From positions 32,001 to 96,000 of the IMG/VR virus record IMGVR_UViG_3300009095_000010: DNA of 64,000 bases; one strand, 5' to 3'. The notes under the pieces were generated by a model. It did no database searches, was not told the DNA's origin, and saw nothing but the letters and a program-made list of their open reading frames with translations. This stretch comes from a virus (Duplodnaviria > Caudoviricetes). Both the position numbers and the translations under genes were made by a program. Shown one piece after another: positions 54,115 through 63,905 of this stretch (positions within the stretch are counted from its first letter, which is position 1; every line of letters starts with the position of its first letter).

Positions 54115-56253
54115 TCATTTCAGAACCTGTTCAACTTTCTTTGAATAAACAGGTGGTGTAACTTTCTTTGGATCCAACCAATTCAAGTTAGCGTTCTCTG
54201 GAAGCTCCTCGACATGTTTACAATTTGGATATCCCATACATGCAAGTTTCATTTTATCAGACATCAACGTTGCATATAGCTCATCGCCACAGTCAGGACA
54301 CTTCTTTCCAAAAGGGATCTTTCTCTTACCTTTACACCTTGGATATTCTGAACATGAATAAAATGGACCAAACTTTCCATCTGGTCTTGGTACCATTCCA
54401 GAACCACACTCTGGACAGATTACATCCGAATCAATCTTAGCTTTCTGTGTTTTTTGAACAGCCTTTCCATCTTCAATAGAGATGTTGGCGATTCCATCAC
54501 AACCACCTTTATACTTCACACACCCAGCAAAGAATCCATATTTGGATTTTCTAACAACAGTTTCTGCGCCACACTTTGGACAAGGGATATCTGTTACCAT
54601 TCCCTGCAAGCCGCGAGCCTTTTGAAACTCTTCTTTGAACGAATTAAAGAAATTAGACATCATCGAAACATAGTCAAGCTTGCCTTCTGCAATTTGATCT
54701 AATTGCTTTTCCATATCAGCTGTGTACATATAATCCATAAAGGTAAAATTACCCTTCAGATCTTCAACAACCTTTCGTCCAAGATCGGTAGGAATAAATC
54801 CCTTAGCCGTATTCTTTACGTACTTACGAACAGAGATACGAGAAATAATGGATGCATAAGTACTGGGACGACCTATCTCTTTACGTTCTAACTCAGCAAT
54901 CAAAGAAGCCTCGCCATATCTGGGTGGAGGTTTTGTTTGTGACTTTTCAAGCTTTACCTTGGGAGGGGTCAGGACAACATCATCATTTATAGAAAGATTT
55001 GGTAAGATTACATCCTTATCCTTTTTGAGGAATGGTTTTGCAATAGACATCCAACCTTCTTCTTTTTGAATCTTTCCTTCAGCAACAAGAATGTGATTGG
55101 TAGATGTCTGAACAGATACCTTAACAACATCAAAAACAGCTGGGTTCATTTGAGAGGAAACGAACATACACCAAATCAAATTGTATATTTTTTTCTCATC
55201 ACCATCTAGAGCTATAGTATCCGGATGAGCCAATATGTTGGATGGGCGAATAGCTTCATGCGCATCCTGAGCGGCATCTTTATTCTTAAACTCGTTAGGT
55301 AATTTAGGAATGGTAAAGCCCTTTTCAGTTAGGTATTGCCTAAGAGCTGTTATAGATTCAACGCTGTTTCTTGTAGAATCTGTACGAATATATGTAACAT
55401 GACCACCCTCATAAAGCTTCTGAGCAGCCGCCATTGTGCTCTCAGCTTTGATCTTCAGCTTGGTAGATGCTTCTTGCTGAAGCATTGATGTAGTCAATGG
55501 AGGCGGAGCTTTTCTTATGTTCTGCTTGGTTTGAATATCAGAAATTTTGTACGTACATGAATCAAGATCTTTTTTGATTTGTACAGCCTCATCCTCTTCC
55601 GTAATCCTTGTTGGATATTTCGCAGTAAAGCTAATAGGATCTCCATCCTTTAAAAGAGTTGTTGAGATATTGAAAAACACTTCTGGTACAAAAATATCAA
55701 TCTCATCTTCCCTATCAACAATCATTCGAAGGGTAACGGACTGAACACGACCCGCACTCAACTTATCTCCAAGCTTATGAGAGAGATAAGGAGATACCAT
55801 AAACCCAACAATTCGATCTAATACACGGCGAGCTTGTTGTGCATCAAACAAATCTTGGTTGAATTCACGAGGATTTTCTATAGCTTTAAGAATTGCGCTT
55901 CTGGTAATTTCATTGAACTCAATTCTTTTCATAGGCTTCTGTAAGTCTTTGAGTTGAGAAACAACATGAAAAGCTATTGCCTCACCTTCCCTATCAGCAT
56001 CGGATGCTATAAAGATTTCATCTACAGACCTAGCAGCATCTATGATTGCTCTTATCTTATCTTTCTTATCTGGTAAGACTTCATATTTTGGGGTGAAGTT
56101 ATTCTGAATATCAACTCCAATATCACCACCTTTACCACTAGCAAGATCAATAATGTGACCAACCGTAGGACGAACGGTATACCCGGCCCCAAGGATCTTA
56201 CTAATGGTCTTTACTTTTCCCGGTGATTCTACAACAACAAGAGCATTAGTCAT
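54115..56253 (-). CDS. topA: DNA topoisomerase I (type IA) with C4 zinc ribbons
   Basis: VVESPGK, DADREGE, SAGRVQ, VTYIRTDS, QDAHEAIRP, GRPSTY, three zinc ribbons. Confidence 0.96.
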   Translation of the reverse strand: MTNALVVVESPGKVKTISKILGAGYTVRPTVGHIIDLASGKGGDIGVDIQNNFTPKYEVLPDKKDKIRAIIDAARSVDEIFIASDADREGEAIAFHVVSQLKDLQKPMKRIEFNEITRSAILKAIENPREFNQDLFDAQQARRVLDRIVGFMVSPYLSHKLGDKLSAGRVQSVTLRMIVDREDEIDIFVPEVFFNISTTLLKDGDPISFTAKYPTRITEEDEAVQIKKDLDSCTYKISDIQTKQNIRKAPPPLTTSMLQQEASTKLKIKAESTMAAAQKLYEGGHVTYIRTDSTRNSVESITALRQYLTEKGFTIPKLPNEFKNKDAAQDAHEAIRPSNILAHPDTIALDGDEKKIYNLIWCMFVSSQMNPAVFDVVKVSVQTSTNHILVAEGKIQKEEGWMSIAKPFLKKDKDVILPNLSINDDVVLTPPKVKLEKSQTKPPPRYGEASLIAELERKEIGRPSTYASIISRISVRKYVKNTAKGFIPTDLGRKVVEDLKGNFTFMDYMYTADMEKQLDQIAEGKLDYVSMMSNFFNSFKEEFQKARGLQGMVTDIPCPKCGAETVVRKSKYGFFAGCVKYKGGCDGIANISIEDGKAVQKTQKAKIDSDVICPECGSGMVPRPDGKFGPFYSCSEYPRCKGKRKIPFGKKCPDCGDELYATLMSDKMKLACMGYPNCKHVEELPENANLNWLDPKKVTPPVYSKKVEQVLK

Positions 56254-56431
56254 GCTCTTTGTTCACGGACTTCAGGGCTTCCTCGACCCCAATCCTACGA
56301 ACTAGCCAATCAATACGGTTGGCAATGTTCTTGTATATCTCTCGGTCTTCTTCGTTTCTACATGAGAAAGACTTCAAAACACACTCATCAGAAACTTCCT
56401 TTAAGATATTTGATGCAAACTTCCTGAACAT
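56246..56431 (-). CDS. hypothetical protein
   Basis: 61 aa, coupled to topA. Confidence 0.5.
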   Translation of the reverse strand: MFRKFASNILKEVSDECVLKSFSCRNEEDREIYKNIANRIDWLVRRIGVEEALKSVNKEHD

Positions 56432-56440
56432 AAATCTATA

Positions 56441-57220
56441 TTAGGTTATTGATTCTTTCACTAGCCTTTTCTTATTTTTGCGAGCGGAGAACCCAGTTTT
56501 GGAATTCATTTCAAAGACATATAATCTCTCGGCTTTACTTCCATCTAGCATCATGAACTTATCCCAGATGAATGGTAAACCATCATGCTCTCCATTATGT
56601 CCAGTTACAATAGTCTTATCCCATGGACATGGAGCTTTGTTCTCAAACACATTCCACATATTGTAGTACACACTCCTATCCCATGCCAAAAGCTTGGGGC
56701 TCTGGTACTCTAGGGGAATAAACGGATCGCACCCGCCATGGACAAAAACGTACTTCTCCGTTTCATAAAACGGAGATAAGGTACGAAAAAAATCCATATG
56801 CTCTTCAGGAATGAATCTAGGAATGTTATCTCTTCTAATCAAATATGGATTCTGTATCTCAGAACCAGCCCTTTCCAAGTACCCAATAAGAGTTTCTTCC
56901 CCTCCATTTTGCATCCATATTTTGTACCTATCTACGGGAGCTTGAAGATCACAAGCCTCTAAAATAAGCATTTCGTGATTACCAAGGAGAGTAATTATTT
57001 GATTTGGATATTCTTTTTTCAACCTAATGATTTGATCAACAACACGGTGGGAATCTATTCTCCTATCTATGTAGTCCCCAAGAAAAACTATCTTGTCCTC
57101 GTGACCGCCTGTTGTTCTGAGCGGGAGGATTCTTTTTAGAATCAAATCTAATTGTTTGTACATCCCGTGTATATCCGGTATTACATATAAACAATTATCT
57201 GATGGTCTCCATTTGCTCAA
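56441..57220 (-). CDS. Ser/Thr protein phosphatase-like metallophosphoesterase
   Basis: DIHG, GDYIDR, GNHE, FVHGG, GH. Confidence 0.9.
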   Translation of the reverse strand: MSKWRPSDNCLYVIPDIHGMYKQLDLILKRILPLRTTGGHEDKIVFLGDYIDRRIDSHRVVDQIIRLKKEYPNQIITLLGNHEMLILEACDLQAPVDRYKIWMQNGGEETLIGYLERAGSEIQNPYLIRRDNIPRFIPEEHMDFFRTLSPFYETEKYVFVHGGCDPFIPLEYQSPKLLAWDRSVYYNMWNVFENKAPCPWDKTIVTGHNGEHDGLPFIWDKFMMLDGSKAERLYVFEMNSKTGFSARKNKKRLVKESIT

Positions 57221-58118
57221 AACTACCTAACCTTTCTTTATTTGTAACCTTATCTAAAAACAATGTTGTTGGCCTGAATACATACCATACCCTTCTGTAC
57301 GGTGTCCTATTGGCTTCAGATTTCAGCCAACGCTTGGCTGACATGCTGGCATTACCAACTATTTCCCAATCACCCTTCTCCATATCTAATGAGTATACAA
57401 AGAAAGAATGCCAATGTTCGTGTTTCTTATCCCAAGGTGTTGGTCCGTTGATGAAAACTATATCACCTAATGATAGGTCAAACTCATTAAATAACAATTG
57501 TAATTGATTGAAGTCCTTTAATCTAACACCATCTCGCTCCTTTGAATACAAAATCTCAAAGTATTCTGGGTTGGACTTCATTACATGAATAAGATCAGGC
57601 ACCCTTCTTGGGTACTTTTCATATGATTTTATAAAGTTAGTAAAGGAACTCTCTGAATCATAGCGTTTGTTATCAACCCACCACGAACCGCCAAGCCTAT
57701 CAAACGCATCAACAATAACATCTGCGCAGACCTGTGGAGGAATAGCGTGCCCCTCGTTCGAACGAACGTAATACCATTCGCCCCTGTACCCAAACTTTCC
57801 CCTTCCTTTTCTCCAAGAAACTTGCCAAAGTTCTCTAAGCTTGCCATCTTCCTGCCCTACCTCAACCCTAGGCTCGTCAAAAGGCAATTTCTCTTCAATG
57901 AATGAATCCAAAATGGATTTCAAACCAGATACAAGTAGTGGTCTTGGTAAAACCTCTTGTTCAAGATCCTCTAAAGATACCGGCTTCGGTTCTACCAAAA
58001 CATCAGCGTCTATGACAACTGGTTGAATATTTTTTACCTGAGCTTCATTTTCAGGTAGAGGATCCTGATTACAGGACAGTAAACACAACACACATAGTAT
58101 ATATATACAATTCTTCAT
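57195..58118 (-). CDS. lipoprotein with putative Cys-His (papain-like/NlpC-P60-like) domain
   Basis: Lipobox LLSC; QVCADVI..GDIVFI..HWHSFFV. Confidence 0.55.
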   Translation of the reverse strand: MKNCIYILCVLCLLSCNQDPLPENEAQVKNIQPVVIDADVLVEPKPVSLEDLEQEVLPRPLLVSGLKSILDSFIEEKLPFDEPRVEVGQEDGKLRELWQVSWRKGRGKFGYRGEWYYVRSNEGHAIPPQVCADVIVDAFDRLGGSWWVDNKRYDSESSFTNFIKSYEKYPRRVPDLIHVMKSNPEYFEILYSKERDGVRLKDFNQLQLLFNEFDLSLGDIVFINGPTPWDKKHEHWHSFFVYSLDMEKGDWEIVGNASMSAKRWLKSEANRTPYRRVWYVFRPTTLFLDKVTNKERLGSFEQMETIR

Positions 58119-58127
58119 AAGTTTTAT

Positions 58128-59366
58128 ATGAGTAACATTACATTATCAAATGATCAAGAGATTGCTTTTAAGAAGATTTCTCAGTGGCTTGCAGAAGGCA
58201 AAAGAATCGGAAGCGATCATAAAAACCCAATGCTATTAACGTTAGGTGGTTTTGCTGGCACTGGTAAGTCAACATTAGTTGCTTATATAGTAAAACATTT
58301 TGATAAAGCTATTCGGTTTGCTTTCTGCGCTCTTTCCGGTCGTGCCGCTTCCGTACTAGGACGAAAGCTTCAAGACCAAGGTCTTCATTTCGGAACTGAT
58401 GGTCATTATTGTGGTACGATTCACCGGCTCATCTATCGACCAATAGAGAATGATCAAGGTGAAATTATTCACTGGTCAAGGAAAGAAGTTATAGATTTTG
58501 ATGTCATAGTACTTGATGAAGCATCTATGGTTTCAGAGGATGTATATAAAGACATATCAAGATATAGAGTTCCTGTTCTAGCTGTTGGTGATCATGGACA
58601 ACTACCACCAATCCAGGGAAGGTTCTCGTTAATGCGGAAACCAGATCTGAAACTTGAAAAGATTCACAGACAAGCAGAAGATAATCCAATCATTAATCTA
58701 TCTATACAAATAAGAAAGTATGGAAAAATTCCTAACGACTATAAAGATAATAATCATGTAAGTATTATAAACAAGTCACAATACATATCATTACTTCAAA
58801 GCGTCTACAAAAAAGGAGACGATCCTGAGAAATCTTTAGATACAGCTGTTCTTTGTTACAAGAATGCAACAAGAACTCGTCTAAATATAATGATTAGAAA
58901 TATGCTATTTGGATCTATTGGATCCGTACCACTCAGAAATGATTTAGTTATCTGCCTAAAGAATGATACTAAAAACAGAAAGGTCCCGTTGTACAATGGG
59001 TATCGTGGGTATCTAACGTCTGCGGTTGATGAGTGTGATGATTTTTATGAAGGTGGCATCAAGTTCCCATTTGAAGGATTTGAAACTAACTTGGATAACA
59101 TATTAAAATACCAATTCGGATATAGTAAAACATTCAGCTCTTTCTCAGAGCTTGAAGCCTTTGGTATGAAGGTGAAGCACTGGTCTGATGTTGGTCTTCT
59201 ATTTGATTTTGGATACGCCATGACTGTTCATAAAGCCCAGGGATCACAAATGGACAACGTAATTGTTTTCAATGAAAGACCCGCACCCGTAAGTGATGAG
59301 GATTACAAACGATGGATTTACACCGCAGTGACACGCTCCTCTAATAAGTTGACAATAATCAAATGA
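58128..59366 (+). CDS. RecD/Dda-like SF1B helicase
   Basis: LSNDQ, GFAGTGKST, TIHRLIY, DEASMV, GDHGQLPP, IHRQ, YAMTVHKAQGS, YTAVTR. Confidence 0.93.
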   Translation: MSNITLSNDQEIAFKKISQWLAEGKRIGSDHKNPMLLTLGGFAGTGKSTLVAYIVKHFDKAIRFAFCALSGRAASVLGRKLQDQGLHFGTDGHYCGTIHRLIYRPIENDQGEIIHWSRKEVIDFDVIVLDEASMVSEDVYKDISRYRVPVLAVGDHGQLPPIQGRFSLMRKPDLKLEKIHRQAEDNPIINLSIQIRKYGKIPNDYKDNNHVSIINKSQYISLLQSVYKKGDDPEKSLDTAVLCYKNATRTRLNIMIRNMLFGSIGSVPLRNDLVICLKNDTKNRKVPLYNGYRGYLTSAVDECDDFYEGGIKFPFEGFETNLDNILKYQFGYSKTFSSFSELEAFGMKVKHWSDVGLLFDFGYAMTVHKAQGSQMDNVIVFNERPAPVSDEDYKRWIYTAVTRSSNKLTIIK

Positions 59367-59561
59367 ATGAAACTTCATTTTATTTCAACAACAATAAAAA
59401 AATACTTAGATGAAGATACCGTAAGTATTCGAAATTATTTGTTATATAAAAACAGTATGTCAAATACATTTTTATTTCTAATTGGTCTTGACATAACAAA
59501 CCCTATATACATATTAGCTCCCAACGGGGAAGTCCCCAAGGAGGAATATGATTCAACTTAG
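59367..59561 (+). CDS. hypothetical protein
   Basis: 64 aa between helicase and Hsp20. Confidence 0.4.
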   Translation: MKLHFISTTIKKYLDEDTVSIRNYLLYKNSMSNTFLFLIGLDITNPIYILAPNGEVPKEEYDST

Positions 59562-59949
59562 AAAAAGATACACTGAACCATTTGATATATTTAATTACAT
59601 GATATCTGACCTGCTAGATCCAGATCTTGGCAAGAAGGTCGATGGAGCAGCTTTACAATCAAGGGTTGACGTTCAAGACGAAAACTATTCTGTAACCCTA
59701 GAAGTTCCAGGTTTTGATGAGTCTGAAATAGATATAGAAGTCCGTGACGGACTTTTGTATATCAAAGCAGAACATGATGAAAAGTCAGAACATCAACACT
59801 TTTATAAGAAGGTCAATCGATCTTGGACTCTACCGAGGGGTGTGAAATCTGAAGAGATTCAGGCTAAACTAAAGAACGGTATCCTTACAGTTCTCGTACC
59901 AAAGAGAGAGGTTACAGAACATAAGAAAGTAAAATTGCTTTCTGGATAA
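59548..59949 (+). CDS. small heat-shock protein (Hsp20)
   Basis: EVPGF..IDIEV..L.IKAE..RSWTLP..AKLKNGILTV.VPK; SD GGAGG. Confidence 0.9.
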   Translation: MIQLRKRYTEPFDIFNYMISDLLDPDLGKKVDGAALQSRVDVQDENYSVTLEVPGFDESEIDIEVRDGLLYIKAEHDEKSEHQHFYKKVNRSWTLPRGVKSEEIQAKLKNGILTVLVPKREVTEHKKVKLLSG

Positions 59950-59975
59950 TAGACTTAATATTAAACAAAGAGAGT

Positions 59976-60302
59976 TCATTCAAATTTTTCACCGGCAATA
60001 CTCTCATCTTGGTAATAGAAGCGCTGAGCACAAAATGTACAATTGTCTATACGTGACAGCATAAAAGAATCGCCGCGCCTAACAAGCAAGATACCTATGT
60101 TGCAAACGGGACAGATTGATCTGAATGGACTCTCTTCGATCTTTTCAAGATCTTTATGAAGAACATATTGAAGTGGTTCTTTAATATTACGCTACAAATT
60201 CTTTGAAAAGAATAGATAGAACTTCTTCCTTATTACCAACCCTCTGATCTTCGGTCAGCTGTTTCAAAATGCGATTCGTTCAATTAATATAGTGCGATCC
60301 AT
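59976..60302 (-). pseudogene. zinc-ribbon protein with two frameshifts
   Basis: Translated by hand: MDRTILIERIAF/LKQLTEDQ..FVA/NIKEPL..CPVC..CTFC..KFE. Confidence 0.5.
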
Positions 60303-60704
60303 TCACAAAGTCATATATTCATCTATCCATGGCATAATAAGATTATGATCTGTAATTAAATCTTGATACCCTCTCATAAAATATGTCATATTTTCTACAG
60401 ATTTTGTATAGATAAGCACTGGTTTTTTCATGGCTACAGCCATCCCAAGCTCAACCAACGCACCAGAAACAACTCTTTCTGGATAGTACAAAACATAAAG
60501 AGAACTTTTCTGTAGAGATTCTAGAACAATTTGAAAGGCTTCATCATACGGTGGATACTGATTTTCATCAGACCATAAACGTAAACCACAAAAAACCTTT
60601 CCATGTTTTCTTTCTATTTCGTTGATAATTTCATCAATGAAATAATCGTGTTTATGATCTTGCATCACAACACTAAAGAATACAGAATAATTAGTAAATG
60701 TCAT
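60303..60704 (-). CDS. nucleoside 2-deoxyribosyltransferase-like protein
   Basis: SGALVELGMAVAMKKPV. Confidence 0.65.
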   Translation of the reverse strand: MTFTNYSVFFSVVMQDHKHDYFIDEIINEIERKHGKVFCGLRLWSDENQYPPYDEAFQIVLESLQKSSLYVLYYPERVVSGALVELGMAVAMKKPVLIYTKSVENMTYFMRGYQDLITDHNLIMPWIDEYMTL

Positions 60705-61180
60705 GTGTTTATTAAACGAATACCACGCTCATCAACAATATGCCCACCACACTTTAAAATATTAATTGTATCGATTAGTTTTGTATACCCAGGATCATCC
60801 TTTGATTCGTACCATGTATCAGCACAACCTGAATTTACATAATTAGAATACCATTCTAGTTTACGTTTTTCAATTTCATCTCTACTTTGTGCAGGTTCAA
60901 TACCACAATTGATCAATGAACACCCACCATTTGTTGTTTGAAATAAAATGTCATAAAGAATAAAACCACCATACATTTGTATGTATAATGGTTCTATTTT
61001 AGAAACTATACCATTGAAACCAGAACAATCATTAATCATATTACCAATAGATAGATTAAACTTATTTCTATTATCATAGAAATATCTAATACTAAATTTC
61101 TTAACATGCTTTGTAGCGATTCTGTTTTTAATATTTCCATACCAAAAAGGTACACCAAATATATATGGAATATGATTCAT
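60701..61180 (-). CDS. hypothetical AT-rich protein
   Basis: 159 aa with ATGA coupling. Confidence 0.55.
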   Translation of the reverse strand: MNHIPYIFGVPFWYGNIKNRIATKHVKKFSIRYFYDNRNKFNLSIGNMINDCSGFNGIVSKIEPLYIQMYGGFILYDILFQTTNGGCSLINCGIEPAQSRDEIEKRKLEWYSNYVNSGCADTWYESKDDPGYTKLIDTINILKCGGHIVDERGIRLINT

Positions 61181-62358
61181 TTATTAATTCCATTAAATTC
61201 AAGAATTAATTCTCTTATTAAATTATCCCAAAAAAACATATCAGGAATTTTTGGAAAAGATGTTTTCTTTACCAATTCATCAAGAGCTTTATCTTCCAAC
61301 TCTGCAAACTCAATGATTTGTTCATAAGTCCAAGCTCCTGCTCGAATTGCAAGAAGTTCTTCTGCATCTGGCCTTTTGACATGAACTTTTCCTGTTGTAA
61401 GAATCTCACGAGCCATCCTGAGAAGTCGTACCAAATGACTAGCGTGTTTAACGTCAAATCCGAACTTCTTTTCAAGCTCAGCACGTTTCTCATTTCGTTG
61501 AGCTAACCACGTTTGGTATTGATCCCACTCACGCTTGGCAGTCCTGTATTGCTTCTCTTTGACAAGAACCTGAATGAAGTTCTCAGAGAAGCCCTGTTCC
61601 TTTGCAGCTCCCCAATACAAAGCATCTTCGGTTGATTCAAACTTCATCCCATCTCCCACAGGATAGGGAATATCTACCTGAAGAGAACCCCAAATAGCTC
61701 TCATTGCTTTTGACATTGCAGAGACCAACTCAATCTTAACATCCTCTGGAAGATGGGTTTGATCGATAACAAACTCATCAACTTCTTTTTGGATAAGCGC
61801 ATTAGCTGCACCAATCTGGTCCTGAGAAATCAAAGTATACTCAGGCAATCCAAACTCTTCACGAGTTGGTTTGTGAGTTGGAGGATTATCTAGCCAATGT
61901 TTGTGGCGTTTGATTCTATTGAGTTGAGATACAGCATACCCACAAAACCTTGCCTTCACTTGTTTTGAAAGCAGCTTGTCCCTATTGTCTAAAACAGTTT
62001 GCATAATAGGTTTACAGATTACAAACTCAGACTCATCAGTAAAGAGCAGCTCCATTACTGACGGATTGTTCCTGCAAGCAAGCCTAATAAACTTGGTGAA
62101 TTCCATTACCTGCATATCAGGAACGGCCTCAAATCCAACATCTTCAGTTCTTGGATCGTCTTTCAGAAGACCAACAGGAAAATACTTATATGTATCTGGT
62201 CCAACTGCTTGTTCAAACTTATCAAGAAGACCAATGTAATTAGAAATAGGAGGTATACAAATCCCTCTGTAATCATAATCAGAAGTCGGTGTAGCCATGC
62301 CGTAAGCATGGCTACCACTCATGGCTAAAAAAATAGTTTCATTATATAGATTTTTCAT
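61177..62358 (-). CDS. Pol-beta superfamily nucleotidyltransferase (YcgL/RlaP-like)
   Basis: GSHAYGMATPTSDYDYRG; NP..ELL; K.A.HLVRLL; LL.IR.G. Confidence 0.85.
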   Translation of the reverse strand: MKNLYNETIFLAMSGSHAYGMATPTSDYDYRGICIPPISNYIGLLDKFEQAVGPDTYKYFPVGLLKDDPRTEDVGFEAVPDMQVMEFTKFIRLACRNNPSVMELLFTDESEFVICKPIMQTVLDNRDKLLSKQVKARFCGYAVSQLNRIKRHKHWLDNPPTHKPTREEFGLPEYTLISQDQIGAANALIQKEVDEFVIDQTHLPEDVKIELVSAMSKAMRAIWGSLQVDIPYPVGDGMKFESTEDALYWGAAKEQGFSENFIQVLVKEKQYRTAKREWDQYQTWLAQRNEKRAELEKKFGFDVKHASHLVRLLRMAREILTTGKVHVKRPDAEELLAIRAGAWTYEQIIEFAELEDKALDELVKKTSFPKIPDMFFWDNLIRELILEFNGINK

Positions 62359-62367
62359 TGTGAACCA

Positions 62368-62798
62368 TCAATATGACATGTAACCGTATGTATAAATCTG
62401 AACATCTTTCTCTGTGATGTCTTGTCCAAATGCTTTTACACGCCTAATTACTTCAGCAACAGCTTCGGAAACGGTTTGAAACCCAACCCCTTTAGCTGTT
62501 CCGTATACAGATCTGTTAGAACCACTATAAGAAATTGATACTCCAATTGCTGGGTTGTTGTATTTGGTTTCATAACTTTGAAAACATTCTGTTTTAAATA
62601 TAACAGAATCAAAAACATCGCTAAACTCAAAATCTGGATCTATGTATTTAAATAGGTTCTTTGCATTATCTGTAAGAATATACTTACTCTTTGGAATGAA
62701 TTTGTTTCCACAATCTGCGTAGGAATATCTTTCTTGAGAATATCCTCAACAAGATCTTTCATTGGCTGAAACAAGTCTAACTTCTTAGGTGTAGTCAT
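62368..62798 (-). pseudogene. hypothetical protein broken by a -1 frameshift near 62730
   Basis: MTTPKK..ILKK, then a long -1 frame RYSYADCGNKF..YGYMSY; SD AAGGA. Confidence 0.55.
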
Positions 62799-62800
62799 GA

Positions 62801-62875
62801 TTAATCCTTATCATCCGATAATGAAATCGGCCCGGCCTTCTTGGTTCGGAACGCTTCCTCTGTAGCTTCATTGTT
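62801..62875 (-). repeat. displaced alternative 3' end of the lemA-like gene
   Basis: Encodes NEATEEAFRTKKAGPISLSDDKD*, versus the current end [18 protein letters not shown]. Confidence 0.75.
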
Positions 62876-62888
62876 ATATACTAAAATC

Positions 62889-63353
62889 ATGACATGCTCT
62901 TTGTGTAAAGAAAATAAACCACTAAAAACACATAAAAACAGAAAATACTCTTGGTGTAATGAGTGTTACACTCTAAAACGAAGACAATATAGTTGCAAAC
63001 ACTCAATAAAAAATAAAGAAAAAATTAAAGAATCCAATGATATTTACAGAAAAAACAATCGTAAAAAATGTTTAGAGTCTAGCTCTAAATGCAATTTAAC
63101 ACTGAAAAAACAAATGATAGAGGCATATGGTGGAGATTGTCAATGTTGTGGTGAAAAACGCATAGAGTTTCTAACCCTTTAACATAAGAACAGAGATGGC
63201 TCAGCCCACAGATTACAAGTTGGTGGCTCTTGGAAAGTTTATAGGCAACTAAGAAATTTGGGATGGCCCAAAGATAATTATACCGTTTTATGTATGAATT
63301 GTAATTGGGCAACCAGACATGGAAAACCTTGTCCACATACTATAACTGAATAG
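62889..63353 (+). pseudogene. HNH homing endonuclease with in-frame TAA at 63180
   Basis: YGGDCQCCGE..FLTL*HKNRDG..YTVLCMNCN..CPH. Confidence 0.75.
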
Positions 63354-63894
63354 GTTCTGCTTTTTTTGTATTGAATGCATCTTCTGTAGCTTTGTTTATA
63401 ACAATATCGAACTTGGAGATATCTTTCTTCGGAAAACCCATGAAGCTCGCGATGAAATTACCAGGGAACATTTCCAACTTATTCATGTAAACTTGCTTTT
63501 TATCCAAGAGCATCTTCTGATCTGCTTCAAAAGAATCACGCCCAGATTCCATTGCTCGCTGAAGGTTCTTATACATTGAAGCGTCAAAGTTCGGATTATG
63601 CTCTTGGATGAATTGAAACATCGCCTGAGAACCATTTGCTCCGTAACGACCACTGATCGCAGAGTCATAGACCTTCTGAAGGTCTTTGGTGTACATCGAA
63701 GGAACCTGCGCCATTTCTTTGATCTTGTTGAAGTAGTTGGCGTAGTTGTTCTGGTTCTGTTTGTATTGAGCTTCCAGGCCATTTTCCTGGCGAACACAAT
63801 CATTGTTGAACCCAATCACAGCAGCACAACCACCAACACCAAAAAGTCCAAAGAGTACAAGCACGCCAATGATTATCATTGTTGATGTTTTCAT
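63340..63894 (-). CDS. LemA-like membrane-anchored protein
   Basis: N-terminal TM helix, coiled coils, Y..L..FPGNFIA.F.GF. Confidence 0.7.
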   Translation of the reverse strand: MKTSTMIIIGVLVLFGLFGVGGCAAVIGFNNDCVRQENGLEAQYKQNQNNYANYFNKIKEMAQVPSMYTKDLQKVYDSAISGRYGANGSQAMFQFIQEHNPNFDASMYKNLQRAMESGRDSFEADQKMLLDKKQVYMNKLEMFPGNFIASFMGFPKKDISKFDIVINKATEDAFNTKKAEPIQL

Positions 63895-63905
63895 TTTATT
63901 TCCTT

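Noticed and set aside
53930-54118. 62-aa ORF between topA and the AAA ATPase
   Set aside because: It has ATGA coupling but no motif and atypical composition. It may be a decayed gene, so it is not called as a feature.
26033-56253. Bacterial chromosome or host contamination (tig, infC, def, rpsU, topA, dnaJ)
   Set aside because: The usual bacterial neighbours (clpPX, rpmI-rplT, fmt, dnaK-grpE) are absent. The genes are overlap-coupled to phage-type genes such as dNMP kinase, gp32-like SSB and homing endonucleases.
1184-57507. Numerous plus-strand ORFs of 60-212 aa in the ORF track
   Set aside because: They are antisense shadows of recognisable minus-strand genes, with S/F/L-rich composition and no motifs.
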